Source of the DNA: Octopus bimaculoides | Taxonomy: Eukaryota | Reading direction: 5' to 3' | Assembly: GCF_001194135.2 (NCBI RefSeq) | Contig: NC_068983.1 | Location: 84,596,919 to 84,638,108, forward strand | Length of the DNA stretch: 41,190 nt | Part shown: positions 34,632-41,190 of the stretch, piece by piece | Position numbering within the stretch: position 1 is the first letter of the stretch | Layout: each line of letters begins with the position of its first letter | Made by a program: the position numbers and the translations under genes | The notes under the pieces: generated by a model | Databases searched by the model: none | What the model was told of the DNA's origin: nothing | What the model saw: the letters and a program-made list of their open reading frames with translations, nothing else

Positions 34632-34860
34632 TGTGTGCGTGTGCCTTTGTGTCTGTGTTTGTCCCCCATCACTGCATGACGACCGGTGTTGGTGTATTTA
34701 CGTCCTGTTACATAGCGGTTCGGCAAAACAGACCGATAGAATAAGGGCTAAGCTTTAAAAAATAAGTCCTGGGATCGATTTGTTCAACTAAGACACTTCA
34801 AGACGGTGCTCCAGCATGGCCGCAATCAAAATGACTGAAACAAGTAAAAGAATAAAAGAA
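34437..34860 (+). mobile_element. SINE family B, full length, with internal (TA)n(TG)n microsatellite
   Basis: ggttgtgtagtaagaagcttgc head, gggttcagtccc B-box, internal microsatellite 34597-34650, gactgaaacaagtaaaagaataaaagaa tail. Confidence 0.92.
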
Positions 34861-34870
34861 TATATATATG

Positions 34871-34904
<34 letters not shown>

Positions 34905-35513
34905 TGTATGTATGTATGTATGTATGTATGTATGTTTGTATGTGTGCGTGTATTAATATTTGAGTATAATAAAATAGTATTAGCTGACCCTCTCTATGCG
35001 ACGTAAAGCTCAGCGCCTGACGTTTTGTGCTCGATGTGGGGACAGAACTCTCTGTTCGAAAATATAAAGACAGAGATATTGTGTCGTATAGCCAATTGGA
35101 AACGATGTTTCCTGGGCTAAACAACAGTAACAATCGTCCCTTCCAGGACAACCATATTTTGTTGGAAAATAGTCTTTACTTTAAAGAATTGTTACTGAAT
35201 ATCTCACTTTGAGAGATTTAGAAATAATGTTACAATTTAAATATATGTATACTTTCTGAAAAGTGATAGAGATGTTAAAGTTTCGCCAAATCTATCCTTT
35301 TCAATTAGATATAATATATAATCATGCCGGAGGAATCAAACAGGATCATGTTGGGACGGAGGAGTAAAGTATTACCAGCAAGGAAGAATATAAATAAATA
35401 CTATCGAATTGGATGAAGTAAGTTTGTATAAGTTATATGATCAAAGGAGGAGAGAAATACCGAAATATGAACATATATGAGATGTATGGGTGCATGCGCG
35501 CGCGCGCTTGTGT

Positions 35514-35926
35514 AGGGGCTTGGTGGTTAAGAAACTCGCTTTGCAGCCACGTGGTTTCGGGTTCAGTCCTACATTGCGTGACAAAGGGCAAGTATCATTT
35601 GCTATCGGAGTGAATTGGGAGATGGAAACTGTGTTGAAACCCGTCATATGTGTGTGTGCGCGTGTGTGTATGCGTGTGTATGTATGTGTTTATGTGTGAG
35701 TATGTGTGTGTCTTTGTGTTTGTATTAGTTCCCCTTTCACCACGTTAACCGGTGTTGCTTTGTTTACATCCTTGCAACTTAGCAGCTCCGCAAAAGAAAG
35801 CGAAGGTGTAAGTATTAATACCAGATTTTATAAAAGAAAAGTACCGAGAGGCGATTTCGTAGACCAAATCCTTCAAGGTGGTGATCCTGCATGGCCGTAG
35901 TCCGGTGAGTGAAAGAAGCAAAAGAT
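35514..35926 (+). mobile_element. SINE family B, diverged full-length copy
   Basis: Same head / microsatellite / tail order as 34437-34860. Confidence 0.75.
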
Positions 35927-35947
35927 TAAAGACAAACCATTGTATAT

Positions 35948-36031
<84 letters not shown>

Positions 36032-36186
36032 ACAAATAATGTGTGTAACGAATCTACGTTACTACAGTTTTGTATGGTTCGTTTCATGTTGAAGTGGCAA
36101 CAAACATTACTTCTCAGTATAGTTACTTCTTTTATCTCTTATATAGATTTTCTAACTAGTTACTTATATATATATATATATATATA

Positions 36187-36473
36187 TTGGAAGGTTTGGA
36201 GGTGATGTACAGGAATTATATATTAGAAAAAATAATAATCAGGTACTCAGATGTCTGGATGGTTGTACATTTACAGATTTTTATTCATATGTCACATGTT
36301 TTATAAATTAGCGCTTTCACCTAGTCTTGTAGGGTCATGAAATTTTTGATGACCCTACAAATTTGATGACACTACAAGACTAGGTGAAAGCGCTAATTTA
36401 TAAAACGTGTGACATATGAATAAAAATCTGTAAATGTACAACCATCCAGACATCTGAGTACCTGATTATTATT

Positions 36474-36487
<14 letters not shown>
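36187..36487. mobile_element. Inverted (head-to-head) pair of a hammerhead-bearing unit within (TA)n; Penelope pseudo-LTR-like
   Basis: Arms 36217-36345 and 36359-36487 (129 bp, 3 mismatches, 13-bp spacer); each arm carries aaat TT(G/C)ATGA-stem-GAAAG CG CTA attt and a downstream aataaa. Confidence 0.7.
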
Positions 36488-36551
<64 letters not shown>

Positions 36552-37249
36552 GGCAATCTATATCTCCAACTTAACGTGGACGTTGTGCTAGAACTGAGAA
36601 TAGTGCGTTATTTTCCTTGAAAGGACCTCTTATTTGGACCCAAAGTAAAAATACTTTAGACAATCTAAAGTTATGAATACAAAATACTTAAATTTGAAAA
36701 AGACGGTATTTGTTGTTTGTAACGGATATTGTTGGGAACTGTGTAAAAGTGCTAAGTCATAGAAAAGCTACTTTGGTAAAATGGCAATAATATAAGATGC
36801 ACGTATTTTAAAATGCAAGTGCATTAATTTTCGCTATATAGACGTAAACAAGAGAAAGTATCAAGTTGAAGACTGTTGTGCAAAATACGTATTTAAATAA
36901 CTATATAATATAAATTAAATTTACTATATAACCTACATACGTATTGGAAATTTATATCAGTGTTATTAGGTATACGAAAAATGTTTTATATATGAAAACA
37001 ATGTAGTAAGATCAAGCGCGGTAAGTATGTTAATAAACAATTTGTTACTCCAGCCTCTTTATTTATGCGGTAATGTTATGAAAAACTTCTACGAACACGT
37101 GCTCTCTCTCTCTCTCTCTTTCACGCACCCACACACGCTCATGTAATTATATATGCATACACATATGAATATATGTATATATGTGTATATATCCATCCAT
37201 CCATCCATACATCCATCCATACATCCATACATACATATATACATGCACG

Positions 37250-37309
<60 letters not shown>

Positions 37310-37810
37310 ACAACAAAGGTGAGTAGGGGTATATTATAAAATATATAAGATAAATCGTTGATTTACTGAAAGTAGCTATGTTTCCAGATAGAGCAGACCA
37401 ACTACTTGGTGTCAATTGGTACCAGCTCTAAATGAGAAGGTGAGATTTATCATGTATGTCATTTAAAACACCCATATTCGCTTTTGTTGTTCAAATCAAA
37501 CTACTGGAATTTCTGGGTTATTTATGCAAGTTACTTAAGCCAAAAATGTGTTCTGCCCTCTTTTTTCTTTTTGTTTGCACTGTCTAAGTATGTCATCTGC
37601 TAAAGAATAACGGAGGAATATTGCGATGCTAATGACGCCGATTGATGTAGAAAGCTGTCTTTTTTTCTTAATGGCATGTCAATATTAAAAATTCTTACTC
37701 CTTGAGTCCAACATCTCTTTTCATTAGGATTTGGTACAAATTGCTACCAAGTATTTATCTTGTATGCTATTTAATATACCCTTATCTATTTTTGTTGGTC
37801 AAATATATAC

Positions 37811-38207
37811 TTTATCTTTTATCTTTTACTTGTTTCAGTCAGTAGACGGAGGCCATGTTGGGTACGGCCTTCAGGAATTTTGAGTCGAATGAATTGACCT
37901 TAGTACTTATATTTTTAAAGTACTTATTCTAACTTTTGCAGAACCGCAAAGTTATAGAGACGTAGACACACCAACAGCGGTTGTCAAGTGGTGGTGGCGA
38001 CAAATACAAAGACACGCGCTCACATACACACGTTCACACTCAAATATACGATGGGCTTCTTTCAGTTTCTGTCAACCAAATTCACTCACAAAGCTTTGGT
38101 CAGCTCGAGGCTATAGTAGAAAACAAGACACTTGCTCAAGGTGTCATGCAGTGAGACTGAACCCGGAACCATGTGGTTGGGAAGCAAGCTTCTTACCGTA
38201 CAACCAC
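37811..38207 (-). mobile_element. SINE family B, full length
   Basis: Reverse of tail, internal CA-rich tract and head (gaagcaagcttcttaccgtacaaccac). Confidence 0.9.
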
Positions 38208-39104
38208 TACATATCTAGAGAAATACACACACATACACACACATTTACACACATATACACATGCGCGCACGATGGTGTGCATATATGCATGTGTAAATAC
38301 GTGCATATTAGGCAATGTAGACTTCAACGTATCTTTTAGAATAAAATCTTTTAATTTTGGTGGAAACAAACAAGATGGTTGGTTGTATGTGAAAGAAGTT
38401 GAAAATATTAACTTGCAACCCTTAAAGTAACATTATACTATCATGATACTGTGACAAATTGTCAAATGAATAACGTGTATGTGTGTAAACTACAATTTGT
38501 TATTGACAACATGTTGGTAAATGTTACTACAGCAGAAATATAAAGTTAAACAGCATACTCTAGAAAAACACCAGATAACAATCATTTTAACAGGAATTGT
38601 GTGAAAATGTGTGAATAAAAGCTAGATAATGAAAAGTTATCAAAGATTGAAATCACGCAATCAAAGAAACGAGAATAGAGCAATCTTTTAAGAATTGACT
38701 TCAAGCCAATCAATTCTTTTAAACGAAATAATACGTAAAAACAAACGTAATTCAGATTTAATTCTATCTTATTTATATTGCGATTCCTTTTGTTGTCATT
38801 TTAAATTCACATTTCTCAGTTATAATGCAACTGAGTATTAAGGTTCTTTTTTTCTTTTACAACAGAGAATATTCATTTACTGTTTTTTTTTTAGTTGGTT
38901 AAACATCTTTTATATATATTCAGGATTTTTTTTGTAAGATTTCTGTAGTTTATAAGAGTGTTTATCTCCCTTGATCTTATTTTATTTTCACAAACAACTT
39001 GAATTAAACTGCATATAACTATTATGATCGCTAGAATTTTTTCATTTTGGATTTAGGTTGTATATAAAGCATAATTAGAATTATATATATATATATATAT
39101 ATAT

Positions 39105-39684
39105 NNNNNNNNNNNNNNNNNNNNNNNNNNNNNNNNNNNNNNNNNNNNNNNNNNNNNNNNNNNNNNNNNNNNNNNNNNNNNNNNNNNNNNNNNNNNNNNN
39201 NNNNNNNNNNNNNNNNNNNNNNNNNNNNNNNNNNNNNNNNNNNNNNNNNNNNNNNNNNNNNNNNNNNNNNNNNNNNNNNNNNNNNNNNNNNNNNNNNNNN
39301 NNNNNNNNNNNNNNNNNNNNNNNNNNNNNNNNNNNNNNNNNNNNNNNNNNNNNNNNNNNNNNNNNNNNNNNNNNNNNNNNNNNNNNNNNNNNNNNNNNNN
39401 NNNNNNNNNNNNNNNNNNNNNNNNNNNNNNNNNNNNNNNNNNNNNNNNNNNNNNNNNNNNNNNNNNNNNNNNNNNNNNNNNNNNNNNNNNNNNNNNNNNN
39501 NNNNNNNNNNNNNNNNNNNNNNNNNNNNNNNNNNNNNNNNNNNNNNNNNNNNNNNNNNNNNNNNNNNNNNNNNNNNNNNNNNNNNNNNNNNNNNNNNNNN
39601 NNNNNNNNNNNNNNNNNNNNNNNNNNNNNNNNNNNNNNNNNNNNNNNNNNNNNNNNNNNNNNNNNNNNNNNNNNNNNNNNNNNN
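39105..39684. other. Assembly gap (N run)
   Basis: N run flanked by (TA)n on both sides. Confidence 1.
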
Positions 39685-39720
39685 TATATATATATATATA
39701 TATATATCATTCATTGAAAG

Positions 39721-39925
39721 ACGGCGGCGAGCTGGCAGAAACGTTAGCACGGTGAGTGAATTGCTTAGCGGTATTTTGTCTGCCTTTACGTTCTGAGTTC
39801 GACTTTGCCTTTCATCCTTTTGGGGCCGTCAAATTAAGTACCAGTTGCGTACTGGAGTAGATCTTATCGACTGACCCCTCTTCCCCAACATTTCGGGTCC
39901 TGTGCCTAGAGTAGAAAAGAATATA
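39721..39925 (+). mobile_element. SINE family A with a 10-bp target-site duplication
   Basis: ggcggcgagctggcagaaacgttagcac head to cctagagtagaaaagaa tail; tcattgaaag at 39711-39720 and 39926-39935. Confidence 0.93.
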
Positions 39926-40196
39926 TCATTGAAAGGCAAATTTACTGGGGCATTCGTCTTTTGTACATATTGTGTTTAAAATCCTAATATATATAAGAGA
40001 GAGAACAAAATCGTCCCAGCAACGGCTAGCGGAAACACCTGATGCATTTCGAACTCGTTGGGCATTATCAGTGTGTGTACTCACGGCCAGACATATACTT
40101 AGACGAGACTTGTTGCCTCTGATGTATAGGAAACAAGAAATAAAACATACACTGGTATTACGTATGGTCACCCAGCTGAATATAAGTCCGACATAT

Positions 40197-40510
40197 GCAA
40201 TAGAGGCAGTATTAAATTTAAATAGCTATTTACGTATCATACTTAATATAATTACATCATTGAAAGGCAGTTTACTGCGGTATTTGTCCCAAGATAACAT
40301 ATCGGGACGTGCTGCGCGGACTATTTCGTCCTCATCCCCCCACCCAAACGCTTATTCATACACATACACACAGACTGTGTTTCTAAACACACTTCGCCCT
40401 TAAGTGATGTTATCTCTGGACGAATACCGCAGTAAATTGCTTTTCAACGGTGTATTTACATTAAATATCATACATAAATGGCTATTTTAATATAATACTG
40501 TCTCTATTGC
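40197..40510. mobile_element. MITE with ~105-bp terminal inverted repeats flanked by ATAT (or TA)
   Basis: gcaatagaggcagtatt...aagataacat (to 40300) versus atgttatct...aatactgtctctattgc (from 40407); ATAT at 40193-40196 and 40511-40514. Confidence 0.85.
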
Positions 40511-40778
40511 ATATAACATTGTACATATATATATATATATATAGCTAATACATTATGTGTGTGTGTGGTGGTGGGGGGTATGTATATATACGCACATATA
40601 TTTTTGTGTGTAAATGTTTCATTTCACAATGCTAAGTAAAAAAAAATGAAGATAGTCTTACGGTATAGACTTTATCACATAGTGAGCAACCAAATTGAAT
40701 TGATCACTGTTTTTTCTCTTACCTTTGATTGACTGGCTAAGAACTCCATAAAATTGTTTATGGAAAACATATGTATAA

Positions 40779-40837
<59 letters not shown>

Positions 40838-40863
40838 AATGTTATATGTATCCAGTGTTATAT

Positions 40864-40896
40864 GCAATAGAAGCAGTATTGTATTGAAATAGCCAT
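40864..40896 (+). mobile_element. Solo terminal fragment of the same MITE
   Basis: atat gcaatagaagcagtattgtattgaaatagccat matches the TIR start. Confidence 0.7.
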
Positions 40897-41125
40897 CTAT
40901 CTATCTATATATATATATATATATAATCAATATTATCTAACAATGCTATGTCGTGCACTATGAATCAATGAATTAATCTTTCTCATTCTCTCTCTCCTTA
41001 CTGTACTCTGTACCTGTTCATCTATCTATGTATAAAATAAACACCTACCTGCCATCCTACATTACCTGCCTACCTACCAATTATATATATATATATAGAT
41101 GTATGTGTATATATACATAGGTAGA

Positions 41126-41190
<65 letters not shown>

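Noticed and set aside
37389-37438. Short open micro-exon candidate ending aag|gtgaga
   Set aside because: Weak acceptor, needs the second AG, and has no recognisable peptide

Overview
AT-rich, microsatellite-dense eukaryotic non-coding DNA (intronic or intergenic) with six N-gaps, all abutting microsatellite or low-complexity tracts. The repeat landscape (several tRNA-headed SINE families, abundant (TA)/(CA)/(GA)/(AAT) arrays) looks like a cephalopod, most likely Octopus; this is inferred from repeat recognition, not from a search. I recognise no host protein-coding exon. Nearly all supplied ORFs are microsatellite, N-gap or antisense artefacts. All real coding signal is fossil mobile DNA: a Tc1 transposase (2260-3009, minus; two stops, no frameshift), two separate HERO-like non-LTR retrotransposon fossils with RT/zinc-knuckle/restriction-like endonuclease remnants (~11500-12830 and 18022-19040, plus), and an RTE LINE 3' end (32950-33390, minus). 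The window also holds about 25 SINE copies or fragments in four to five families (working labels A-D) and several MITE-like inverted-repeat elements. The most interesting signal is a set of type I hammerhead-ribozyme-like motifs: a near-intact one with a very long stem II at 9383-9516 (minus), a related tandem relic cluster at 22039-22217, and a different minimal motif in both arms of a 271-bp near-perfect palindrome at 36217-36487. Together these suggest Penelope-pLTR or retrozyme-like elements. Protein family assignments come from hand translation and remembered consensus motifs and need database confirmation.
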